DNA of 64,000 nucleotides from Pelomyxa schiedti (Eukaryota; Protista; Evosea): contig JAHLWZ010000663.1 in NCBI GenBank assembly GCA_020536535.1, forward strand, positions 1-64,000, in the 5' to 3' direction. The notes under the pieces were generated by a model, which was not told the origin of the DNA, made no database searches, and was given only the letters and a program-made list of their open reading frames with translations. A program made the translations under genes and the position numbers. Positions 51,655 to 63,178 of the stretch are shown here, piece by piece (within the stretch, counting starts at the first letter, position 1; every line of letters starts with the position of its first letter).

Positions 51655-53515
51655 CTAAGAAAACAAGGTGTCAACAAGGTCGTGATCCTTCTTTGGGGTC
51701 CCTCCAAAGAGCTCTAATGAGAGTGAATATAATGTTATTTGGGTTTAGGATACCTTCGGGGTTATCAAATAGGCCACTGGAAGCAGCCGTAACTGGAATT
51801 ATTTAGTGTACAAGCATGGGAAATGGGGAAGAGGGACTGTACCTTTTGGTGCTGTAGAAACTGGGGTTACAGTGGTTGGTTCCGTTGTAGTACTTTGTGA
51901 GGTGCTTGTTGTTGTTGAATCAGAAGTGGTACTAGAGGACGAGGAGTCTGCAGTTGTAGTAGCGGCCGCGGTTGGAGTTGCTTCCGGAGTTGTTTCGGGG
52001 GTGCTGTTTGACACGGGAGTGGGCGTGACAGTTGGAGTAGAATTCACTGTGGGAGTAGGTGTCACTATTGGAGTAGGTGCCAGGACCAGGGTAGGGGTAA
52101 TTATAGGGGTTGGTGCCATAGTTGTGGTTGTAGGAGTTGTTGGTGCAACGACGGTGGTTGTAGGCGGTGCAGTCACGGACTCTGATGGAAGGGCGTCTAG
52201 TGTGAAGATAGGTATAAGAAAAGTTTGAACTGCAGTGGCTCTACCTGAAGTTTTTCCTTCAAAAGGTGCGAACTCCAAAGGTGTTGGCCCAGTGGCAGTT
52301 GGGTTGCGGGTAGCTTCAATGAACTCCTGTAAGTCAGCTGACCAACTGAGATCGTTGACGACAGTATTCATTGTATCATTTGCCGCTGTGTGTTCTGGGG
52401 GAAAGTCCTGGCAAGAAAAAAGAACAAAACTAAGGCCCAAATTGAACAGGTACAGAAAAGTACCTTCTGCATGGCGAGGAATGTTTTTGCAGATTGTTCC
52501 ATACAAGCAAATTGATATTGGATAACCTTTTGGAGATCAGCAAGCACAACAGGCATCTCTTCCATGTACAGCTTTTTTTGAGCTTCATTGGAAGCTGTTA
52601 TACTAGTCTATATTCTCGATAAGAAACCTAAAGAGTAGGAAAATGGTAACAACCTTGTAGGCCACCTCCATCTGCGATGCCTTTTCAATGCACTGAGATC
52701 GTTTTTGCAAGAACTTCGAATTTTCAGGTGAAGTATTAGAGTTGCAGTTGTTTACCTTTGGAAGACCTTGAACAAGTTTGGTCTTCTTAGGTTCAGGTGT
52801 AGCCTTAATTTCCGCCTCAGCCCTAAAATACTGGTCCTTTGCTACTTCAGAGTCTTTTGAGGCTTTGATATACACCTCGTGGGCCTGGGGGTATGAATTG
52901 CAAAAAAAAGAGTGTAAGGAGTTAACCTTGGTGACTGCCGCAACTGTATCCATGTAAATTTTTATTTTTCGAGTCCCGTCAGTAAATATCTGAAACAGAG
53001 AGGCTAAATTTTGCAGATAGAATTCAACTACTTTATACCCTCTTTTTGTCCAAGTCGCTTTGCTTAATGCAAGCCTCAATTGGCTTGACTATTTCATTGG
53101 TGATCCTAGCTGAGATATCTGTGTGTTTCAATGCAATCCTTTGACCACTATCAGAGACTGTGATAAGGGCTTCCCTCATAGTCCTATGGTGGAAGTTGAA
53201 ATAAGCCTTTGACAAAAAACAACAACAAAAAAAAAAAAAAACTAACTTTTCCATTTTCTCCACAGCAGGGGTTTTTCCACCAGGGTGTGTTTTACACAAT
53301 TCCAGCAACTCTTTTCCATAGTCACGTTCCACACGAGCACGTTTGTTCCAGAAATCGAAGTACTCCTTCATAGTGCGCATGTTCAAGTCCACCTTGGCAA
53401 CCGTCTTATCAAATCCATCCTTTTGTCGGTTGGATTTAAAATGTTTTTAAAATTCATTCAGCACACGACAACGCAAAAGTAAACCCACCCACAAAAGTTC
53501 CGCTATGGACGCCAT
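51655..53515 (-). CDS. F-BAR (FCH) domain protein with T/P-rich tail, spliced
   Basis: MASIAELLWDGFD..FWNKRARVERDYGKELLELCK, coiled-coil exons, YQFACMEEMPVVLADLQ, a long PTTT-rich region, and the end GLFDNPEELFGG..DTLFS*. Confidence 0.85.
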
Positions 53516-53713
53516 CCCTTGTTTTTGAAAGCTTTTCTTTTAGTTTTCGGGTTTAGTTTGACCGATAGGCAGACGCTGTTCAGTTTTTTCTCGTTCTCGG
53601 AGATGATTGAGATCTCAGCGAAAACACGAATTTCTTTTTGAGAGGAAGGGCGCAGCAAGGCAGAATCGTTTTTTTCCCAATTAACATTTTATGGATGTAG
53701 GTAGGTAGGTGTA

Positions 53714-55977
53714 TCAGGATTTGTTGAGCATTTTGTCAATGCGGCCGTCTTGGTTTGTTATGCGCTCATTGGCTGACTCGGCACGCTTGGTTACACGTTC
53801 TATTTGGGTAATTTGGTCGTCAATGGCTACGGTCTGTGGTGTAGCAGTCAGTGTCAAGATTGGAGAAAAGTAAAGCTATACCATGCCAGAGGCCATTCCA
53901 TGGAGGTCCCCAAGCACGTCGTTGATTTGATCAAGGTCCCTATCTTGCTCAAGAAGTTGGGCTTGAAGGTGCGAAGGAGCCTTGGCAATGAGTGGGTCGA
54001 CTCCCTGTGGTACGTTTGATTTGGTTTGGTTTGTTTGGAAGTTCAGAATAATAAAAAAAAACCTTCGGGGCAGTGCCAATGGGAGTGTCAGACCCTGGCT
54101 TCTTCTTCCTAAAGGATAAACTCAGACTTGATTATTAGAAAACCTTCCTACCTCTGTAGTTTGCATGCTGCAAGAACAAACTGGTCTTTGTAATCAAAGC
54201 GGGGGGCATTAGGCTGGAAATCGACAGAAGCAGTGGGGGCGCGGACATGGAACTCACTTAATATCCACTGCATGTACCTGGGAAAGATGAGCATTAAGAT
54301 AAACGATGGAAAACGGAATACGCTGTGCATATTTTGACGGGCTCTCCTTTTCCTTCTCTGAATCTGTAGTTGATACGAATGAGTAAAGAAATTTACAATG
54401 GAAAGGAGCCACTTTATTTCCATGTGCTGAGGACGGCTGCAAACGACGATCTGTTGTAGAGAATCGTATGGGAAGACTTTCGAAGGAGGAGCAGAGGTTG
54501 CTGCTGTAGGCGTTGGTTTGGTGGTGGCCGAAGGTGAGGAGGGTGTAGTAGCAGTTACAGTGCCAACGATAATGGAGAAACCATCAGGAGTCAAGCGAAG
54601 AGTAGAGGGCACAACTGCAACTGGTAAGACTGCACAAAGGGAAAAAAAAATACTTACAATCTCCCTTGTGCATTTTTTGTAGAAGATCAATTTCTTCAGT
54701 TACATCTCGTGCCTTGGCAACAATCTAGGAGAAATGAATACCTAGACAGAGGGAGGAGAAGTAACTCACAGTGTGATCTTTCTTGACCATTGGGCCAAGG
54801 TCCTTCGGGTCATGTGAAAGTTTGTTCTTAATGTGACCAACAACAGACTCAGTTCCCCTGATGTGTCTCTGGCCATGGTCCAAGTCATTGTGAATAGATT
54901 CAACGTTGTACTCTATCTGATCAAGCACCTCTAGTAGCCATCAAATAAGATAACTACGACAAAGGACTACCTCCTTGGGCAGAGAGCTCTGCCATTGTTT
55001 TGGCACTGATGTCCCGGCATTCCAATGCAGTTTTAAGTGCAGCCTTGGAGGCAGATGTATCGACCTAAGGCGGAAAAAAGACGTGAACACAGTCCAGAGG
55101 GGAAGGCATCATACTTGAACATCAAGTAGCTGATCTTCCCCATCATCCCATGAAGCTGAGGATGTTGTTGTTGTGCTTGAGGTAGCAGGTGTTCTGTAAA
55201 ACCAACCAATCAGAACTCGAAAATTTACTGAAAAACGCACTTCGCGGCAGTTCCGTCATCCCAGGATGCAGATGTACTCACTGCTGCCTACATTAATTTA
55301 GAAGGTATACCAATCCGCATGAAGGAAACCTTGGGGGTACTGTCTGCGGGCGGAGGTTTGGTATAAGTAACTGGGTTTTTCCACAGATGATTTACTAGAG
55401 CCCAGGCTTTACTGAAGTTCATAAACGATCCAAAGGAGTACTGCGGATATTAAGAATGGAGGTTGATGAATAGAAAACCTTACAGCCATTTCTGCTGTCT
55501 GAACTACCATAGACTTAGTTACATGGTCTTCCAGAACTATGGACTTCACCTTTACGAATGGAATACTTTCCTTCAAGAAAGGATTAGGAAGGAAGGAAGT
55601 TATGATGGAGAAGTACGTGTGATGAGGTGAGTTTGCTTTTCCATAAAATATAATTCTGCGTAACGAACATAGTTCCCCTTGTATGATGAGAACTGATTTT
55701 GCAAACATAGTCTTGAAAGGTTTTTTTTTATGTTAGAAATCGAGCGTTATTTGTTTACAAACAAACAAAAAAACCTTGTATGACAGACTCTGTTGAAGGC
55801 CTGAAGGAAAAAAAGTTAGCTGTGCCAAAGAAATAGAAACAGTGATGCGTACAAGCTGAAAATTCCTCGGACCTCATCCGTGAGTGCCTTAAGCTCCGCC
55901 GACTTTTTATCCTTTGTTTTTTTTTTTAAGTTTGTGAACAAAACAAAGCAGAATAACATGGATCTCACCTTCGACAT
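53714..55977 (-). CDS. SNAP-25-family (Qbc) SNARE with N-terminal GRAM domain and folded inter-SNARE linker, spliced
   Basis: GRAM: FSLPSTESVIQDYVC..GTMFVTQNYI..IPFVKVKSI..YSFGSF..WALVNHLW. Qb: TMAELSAQGEVLDQIEYNVESIHNDLD. Qc: QDRDLDQINDVLGDLHGMA..IDDQITQIERV. No TM anchor. Confidence 0.85.
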
Positions 55978-56319
55978 GCTGCCGGTTGCGACGGGGTTTT
56001 TTTTAATTGTTTTGGGTTTGTTGGTTCTTTGTCTTGTTTTAATTCTGTCTTTTGATTTTTGTGAGAAGCACTTCCCCACTTCGACTTCTCCGAAATCCTT
56101 TTCATAGGGAAATCGGCACGCCAGTGGCTTGGGCGATCTGTTGCGGATGGCCTCAGCCTCTCCCATCACACTCTATTCGACCAGATTCTCTTCTCTGAGC
56201 AGAGAGCGAGAGCTGTTATCTCCAATCTTGGGCAAGCCTTCGTTCCAAGGAGAGTTTGTTTTTCCGGAAACCCAAACTCTCAAGAGAACAGATACGAAGG
56301 ACAGTTTATTGTGGGCGAG

Positions 56320-59300
56320 ATGAGTGTCAGTGGCAGAGACCGTGTGCTAGTTTGTGTTCGCGTGAGACCACAGTCCCGTACCGAGACGGTTTTCTTTTTT
56401 TTTTCTTTTTTTCCCCTGTTTTTCTTTTCATTTTGTATATTTCTTTTGCACTTTTCACTACGCAACTCTCTGGGGTTATTATGCGAGATTTGCGTGTTTT
56501 TTTCTTCTTTTGTTCACCTTGCCCTCTAAACAAAACAAGGTTAAAGGGCACAGGTCAGTCGTGGGTGTGAATACAGAGACAAATGAGATCATTCTTGATC
56601 AGATGTCTGCTCAAAAAAGATTTCCTTTTGACTACGTTGCTGGTCCTGATACATCTCAGGTACTTGTTCTTTTTAGTTTGTGGGTCTGGTTGATTTCTAA
56701 TTGCGATGGTTACTTTCCCCCCCTTTTCTTGCCATTGTTAGAGAGAAATATTTGAAGTCATGGGGAAGCCTTTGACCTCTCAGTGCTTTCAGGGTTATAA
56801 TGGAACTTTGTTAGCCTACGGGCAAACTGGGAGTGGGAAAACCTTTACAATTTTAGGTTTGAGGAAGGAAGGGTTTCCTCACCTTATAAGTTTCTAGGCG
56901 GAGTCAATGAGCAGGGGGAGGAAAATTTTGAAGACCGAGGTATATGTCCAAGGGCTCTGCAACACTTGTTTGGCCTTCTTGAGTCACAACCATCAAACTC
57001 TGTACACTTTTCCTACATGACTGCTTTTTACTTGACTTTTTCCCTAGGATGGGAAACCAAACTTCTTATGTAAGTGCACAATGATCGAGATTTATAATGA
57101 AAATATCAAGGACTTATTTGATCCCTCTTCTGGGCTACTGCGTATTTAAAATCGTGGTCTTTCGAGACAATAACTTATTAAGGACTAAGAGAAGACCAAA
57201 AACTGGGAGTACATATCGAGGGTGTATCAGAGAAGGTGATCACAACCTGGGAGGAGGTACCACAGTGTTTGCCCAAAACACACTTATATCTTCAGGCATA
57301 CATTTTTTTAAAAAAAGGAAGCCGGAGTAGAACTGTTGGTAGAACTGACATGAATGAGAACTCTAGTAGATCTCACTGTGTTTTTACTATTGATACAAAA
57401 TTCCGAGTAAACAATTTCTTCCTTCAAAAAAGTTATGAATGGATTTTCAGGTGATGAAAAATAATGTTGAATCCTGGCGTTACACCAAACTACACATTGT
57501 TGACCTTGCTGTGTGTAATGAACTAATTCACTTTTTCTGAAGTCACATAGGGATCTGAACGTCAAAAATCAACTGGTGCAACAGGAAGTCGACTTAGAGA
57601 GGCTTCTAGTAATATCCCTGCTATAAACCACATTTTTTCACTGATATCCCTTCAGACATTAATAATTCCCTTTCTGTACTTGGGAGTGTGATTCGCACAC
57701 TCTCAATGTCTGGGGCAAAACAGTTTATAAGATACAGAGACTCAAAACTCACGTTTCTGTTGAAGGTAAATGATTCCATGTTTTCTGTAGTGACAAATAA
57801 ACTAGGATTCGCTAGGCGGAAACAGTAAAACATCTATTGTCGCAACAGTCTCTCCAATTGATGCATCCATGTGTATGCTTTATGATCCCCAGAATCGTTT
57901 TTAACTCTGCATCACAAAGCCGAAACATTTTCTACTCTCACGTTTGCAACAAGAGCAAAGTCCATAAGGAATAAGGTCAAACACCCTCCTTTTTTTACCA
58001 AGTTAAATGCAATTTCCCTAAAATAGGCCCTTTTGAATGAAGATGCCAGTGGAAGTGTTGCTGATCTTCAGGCTGAAATCAAGCGACTAAAGATGCAATT
58101 ATGCCAACTTTCTCTTTCACCGCAATTTGCACCATCATCACCTGTTGACCCAGGTGTCTGTGAACTCAATAAAAAGCCTCCTTCGTTTTAATCCAACCTC
58201 AGACCAAATAACAAGGTTGGAGACCACTATAGCCTCACAATTGGAAAGAGAGGCCGAACTTGTGGATCAATTGTCAAAACAAGATGAAATTTTGAAACAG
58301 CTCTTAGCTGTACAGAATGCTACAGATTCTTCACTGGAGGTTCGCTGTTCACTATTAATTGCTATACCTACAGTTTCTTACTTTTTCTCATCCCTGCACA
58401 TACTTTTAATTCAGCGGAGCAAGGCACTCATTAAAATAAAAGATGCCAGGATTGACTTATTGTCTTGTGGTGGTACAAGTGATACCAGCCTCACCGTAAT
58501 GCAGTATGTCCCCGTCGAGTGAAACTGAGTAACTTAGACAAAATAAAGAAAAGAAATTTCCCTCCTGAAAGAAATGGCTGCCAATCCCCCAGAAGTTGCC
58601 TTTCTTCGTACAGAAAATGAGAAACTTCAAGGTAGGAAAAAGAACAGATAGAAAATGTTTGATACCCTGGACAGCAAAACTTCAAGCCTTCTATGATCTG
58701 GAGGCAGGCTCCAGTAGAGAGGAGATGGAACATGGGTTGGATGACAATAATGTTAGTACCTCTGAATCCCGCGTTTCCCAACTTGAATCGGAACTACAAA
58801 TACTGCAAGAAGAAAATTCCTCTCTCAATACAGCACTACAAACGATCATAGCTCAGAACATGGGAGATTCAGTGAGAAATGAGGGACCAGGCAAACCATC
58901 ACTCGCCTCAACTTCCACTGCAATGGAGGCTCTTAAAGAAAAATATGAGAAGGCACAGTGAAAACCATTAAAATGGAATCTAATAAAGTAGATGATAGAA
59001 GAGATACAATTCAGTGCCCAGAAGGAAATTGAAACACTGAAAGTTGAGCTGTCTGCAGAAAAAACCCACTCATCCAACTTGTCATGCCTACTAAACTGTA
59101 ATTCATATACACTTCTTGCCACTCTGATGACCCTTCTAAAATAGCAAGACAGGGTACGCAGAAGCCAGAGAAACACGCAAATACATCTCGTTCTAATACT
59201 TCATTAAATCTGGAAGAGTGCCTTGCGGAATTGGATTTCAGAGATGCAAAAATCCAGCAACTTGAGGTAGTCCTTTCTCATAACCTTGGGGCTAAGGGGG

Positions 59301-60223
59301 TTATCTATCTAGGCGGAACTGAAATTAAAGGAACTAGCTGCAGAGGAGTCGCACCTGTATGCAGAACACATGAGACAAGTTGGTTAATTTTTAATTTCTT
59401 TTTCTCTTTTCATGAGGGACTCTTAAGGGAATGAACAAACTTGTATCTAGTCCGAGAAAACCTGTTCATCATTCATCGTTGTTTCCTGAATTTTTTCTCC
59501 CCCTAACATTAAATCAAGTATGGACTCCTCTGTGCAAAGTCTACAAAGACAGGTATATTTATACTGTGACTGCAAAAAGTCAACGCTAGTGCTGTCACAC
59601 ACTAGAAAGAAAAATTAGAGGATGATGTGGGGAGATTACAAGAACAAATATACCAAAAAGACTCTGAAATCCGGGATGTATGCTTCAACATTTAGCCATC
59701 ATTAGTAAGAGTATAAAGCTTCAAGATGAACTGATGGACCACTTGGATGACCTAGAATCGCTGCGGCAGCAGTCACAGTATTATCAGGCTCAAACAGAAA
59801 TACTGTACAGTCTCAGAACTTTAATATACACTCTTATAATTTTTTATTTAGCACAGCCACTAAAGGAGAACACATGGAACTAGTATGCTGCTGCTTATGT
59901 AAAGGGTATTAACCAAGAAACAGGAAAACCGGCTTGAATATGCACAGGCTAAACTAACACAATACAACATGCAACTTAGCAGTGCAAGTGAGGAAATAGA
60001 AATTCTACAGAAAATGCTATTGGAGGCGGGAATAGAACCGCCACTATTTTCTTTACCTGCACCTGAACCTGAAACTTTACTGTCACCTGACCAAGAGAGG
60101 TCAAACACCAGGTAACATGGTCGTGGGAAGTTTATTGAGTAACACCGCTATAGCACCTCCCAAGAAACCGGGTTGATAAGTCCTTCTTATGAAGAGCTCT
60201 CTCAAGTACTAACTTCCCTCTAA
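56320..60223 (+). CDS. N-type kinesin (kinesin-12/KIF15-like), many introns
   Basis: VCVRVRP, FPFDYV, GYNGTLLAYGQTGSGKTFT, EIYNE, MNENSSRSH, VDLAGSERQK, INNSLSVLG, RYRDSKLTFLLK, DSLGGNSKT and TLTFATRAKSIRN, followed by a long coiled coil. Confidence 0.93.
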
Positions 60224-60596
60224 TATGTGTCACTAAAAGTAGCAGACAGAGGACATTGCACAATACAGCAGTAGTACTGTAAATGAAAATGAAAAGTACA
60301 GTTTTTCATCAGCGCAAAATAACGACAGTGAACATGAAGATACCCACTGTGGGGGAAAACTAAACTTTGAGGAAGATGTCTGAAGGGAAAAACAATAAAC
60401 TTTGTTTACATTGTATTTAAGGCCAGACAACAAATGAAAAAAGAGGCAACCACCCAAAAGGGGCGAGCACTGCGAGCCGCTTTTGGGTGGGGTCGAAACC
60501 AACAGCAGTGTGCAGGTGGCAGAAATTATTGAGTGCTTAAGTTGTTCCATTGTGGCAGGTTCTTCACCCTCTTTTCCTATGCGTTATTAGGGGGTA

Positions 60597-60696
60597 NNNN
60601 NNNNNNNNNNNNNNNNNNNNNNNNNNNNNNNNNNNNNNNNNNNNNNNNNNNNNNNNNNNNNNNNNNNNNNNNNNNNNNNNNNNNNNNNNNNNNNNN
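60597..60696. other. 100-N scaffold gap
   Basis: Run of exactly 100 n. Confidence 0.99.
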
Positions 60697-60732
60697 GATG
60701 TCATGGACAAAGTTGTATAACCATTACAACAA

Positions 60733-60805
60733 GCCTTCGTAGCACAGTTGGCAGTGCATTCGGCTGTTAACCGGAGGGTCATTGGTTCAATCCCAATCGA
60801 AGGCG
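60733..60805 (+). tRNA. trnN-GTT: tRNA-Asn (GTT)
   Basis: Acceptor GCCTTCG/CGAAGGC, anticodon arm TTCGG-CTGTTAA-CCGGA, T arm ATTGG-TTCAATC-CCAAT, followed by a T-run terminator. Confidence 0.96.
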
Positions 60806-60945
60806 TTCATTTTTTTTCTTTCTTTCCCTTCCTTCCTCTTCTTCCTTGTGCCTTTGTTGTTGCTCTGTTTTTTTTTTTTTTACTTCCCCTGAAGGCCTTC
60901 TTTGGCTTCATAGTGTTGCTTTGTTATGAAACTGTTATATGTAAA

Positions 60946-61017
60946 GGGCGTATAGCTCAGTGGTAGAGCATGAGACTGCAGATCTTGGGGTCGGCGGTTC
61001 AACTCCGCCTGCGCCCT
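60946..61017 (+). tRNA. trnC-GCA: tRNA-Cys (GCA)
   Basis: Acceptor GGGCGTA/TGCGCCC with U73 discriminator, D arm TAGCTCAGTGGTAGAGC, anticodon loop CTGCAGA, T arm GGCGG-TTCAACT-CCGCC. Confidence 0.96.
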
Positions 61018-61514
61018 TCAATTATTTCTCTAAACTTCTTCTTCTCCTCTCTGTCTCCCTCTTTCTCTAATTTTTTTCCCCTCTTGGAGGTGGTGATGTC
61101 GTGTACTTTATCGTTTTTCCTTGGACAATTCTTTTACTGTTCTCTTTTGTTCAAAGATAAAGATATCCTCACCCTCATACATCGACACAGAGAGGTTTCT
61201 GTGTTACCAAAATTTTTTTGTTTTTCTTTGGGGAGAACCAAAAAAAAAAAAAACAAACCAGCAGAACGAACCACAGACAAAAATAAAACCAAACCAAAAC
61301 CAAAACCCAGTGTTTCTTGTGTTGGTGGTCTTGTTGTTAAAATCGAACTTGGAAGATTATTGCGCTGGAAGTTCAACATACGCAGATTCTCTACCGGAAG
61401 TTCAACAGTTCGACAGCGACTAAAACTTATCTGGCGGTTTGAACGATCTCTTTTAAACCAGAATCGAAGGGGTCCCGCAAACCAAGAAAAAAACAATCCC
61501 GAGTGTCAACGGAA

Positions 61515-63055
61515 ATGCCACCACACGGTGACCATCACAAGGCCATGTTTGAGGAGTTCATGCACGAGGCGGCATCCCACAATCACGATCGCGGGCACGA
61601 CCACGATCACGGCCACGTGCACCCTCACGATCACTCCCATAATAGCGTGGAGTGGGGGCAGCCTAGGGCTTGCCCCAGAGTGCGACCGAGCCCATGGGCC
61701 ACCGTGTGCGTTATGTTGTGCTTGGCGTGGATGTTGTCCTCGCCGTCGCAGTATTATGGGATTGCTCATCCATTGGTACGATGATAGCCGTTGCCGGTTT
61801 TTGATTTTTTTTTTTTTAATTCTGAAAAAAAGCAATTCTAGATACATAAATTTTTTGCTATGCATGAATAACACATCTCCCTCAAGGGAAGGGCCATTTG
61901 TAAAATAGTTATTGTATGTGGCGCCATTGATATTTTGTGCCGGTTGGTTTTATTCAATCCTCTCTATATCATGATTCATCAGGTTCGTTGTTGGAAATTT
62001 ATCTCCTCCTTACCTTTTCACCTAGCTCGTGTACCTCCTATGTAGAGTACCTTATATCAAAATGGTACTTTACATGACCAAATTCCCTATTTTTGCTCGG
62101 TACTGGCACAATGTATATCACTCCAAGCCAGTCACAACTGAACAAGCGAAGGTAATGCGCCTTTGACTAGTCTCAGGAAGCACTCAAACCAAATAAATCT
62201 CTGTAGCAATTCATAACACTTGAGAAAGACCTACCCCGAATTGACCTTGGTGAGAGAATCCTCCCATTCAAAGAGACACGTGAAATAGCACTGAAAGCCA
62301 ATGGGCCAGTAGCCGCAGTCCCTTGTGTTTGCAGAACAATCGGACCAAGAGTTCCTGGAGTTGTGGCCAATTGTGGACCAAAGAACGTAAGGTCATTGCA
62401 CCTATTAACTCATTTTAATGATTGTGTAGGTGTGCCTTATTTTTGGAAAGCTTGCCTCCTTTGCAGTGAAAGGTGGTGGAAAAATACTGTCGAAAGAAGA
62501 GGCCATAGAATTACTTGAAGACCAGCACAGGCGCGGTCACGTTCACAACGTCTATTTCAAGGATATGTTCAATGGGTTTTACGCACTATGTAACTGCTGG
62601 TGAGCCATCTGCAAAGTTTTGCATTCAATAACAGAAATCCAGCAAATGCTGCTGTGGTGGAATAGAGCGAATGAATGTTTCAGGTGGTTCTATGACTAGT
62701 TCTGGGTTTGTCAGTGTGGTGAGTTGAATCACTTATGATATTCCGCATTGTAACCTTCTACAACAGATAGATTCAACCAAATGTTGTGGCTGCGGAACTT
62801 GTGTCAGAACATGCCCCTTTGGAGCAATCGAAATGAAAGATGGAAGGCCTGTTGTTGACAAAGAAAGGTACCCTTACCTATCATTAAGTTATTTATTATT
62901 ATGGTAACACAAACCCGTGTTTTTTTTTACTGTGTAGGTGTCTTGGTTGCACAGCTTGTGATGGGACCTGCCCCAAAAAGGCCATTTCATTTGAGAGAGA
63001 CAAGGACAAACCAGAGCCCTTAGAAATATCCAAACTTGTAGATATGCAGTGGTGA
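61515..63055 (+). CDS. prokaryote-type 4Fe-4S protein (Cys-rich domain + 2x[4Fe-4S] ferredoxin) with His-rich N-terminus, spliced
   Basis: Exons: YHSKPVTTEQAK, ERILPFKETREI, CVCR..C..VCLIFG, LSKEEAIELLEDQHRRGHVHNVYFKD..FYALCNC, CKCCCG, CCGCGTCVRTCPFGAI, CLGCTACDGTCPKKAI..PEPLEI..W*. Splicing of the 5' exons (61770-62030) is unresolved. Confidence 0.85.
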
Positions 63056-63178
63056 GAACCACAACAAACCCGAGAGAGTGAATAGAAAACCGTGGTTTCC
63101 CATCACGTCCACTTTCCCTGAAACGACCTTTGAAGCGTTAGTTAACTGGTAAATTAAAACCAACCGTCGAGCAAGAAC

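Noticed and set aside
51195-51777. 41-bp inverted repeats as transposon/MITE termini
   Set aside because: One copy is an exon/intron junction of the F-BAR gene, the enclosed DNA is the coactosin 3' half, there is no target-site duplication, and the copy abuts a gap and other duplicated fragments.
60491-60520. SRP RNA helix 8 (GAAA loop followed by AGCAG)
   Set aside because: The stem register and the CAGG element do not fit, and no Alu domain or other helices are recognisable.
60970-61500. 5' part of the 312-aa ORF 60970-61908 as a protein
   Set aside because: It begins inside tRNA-Cys and runs through poly-T/poly-A intergenic sequence; only its 3' end may overlap real exons of the Fe-S gene.
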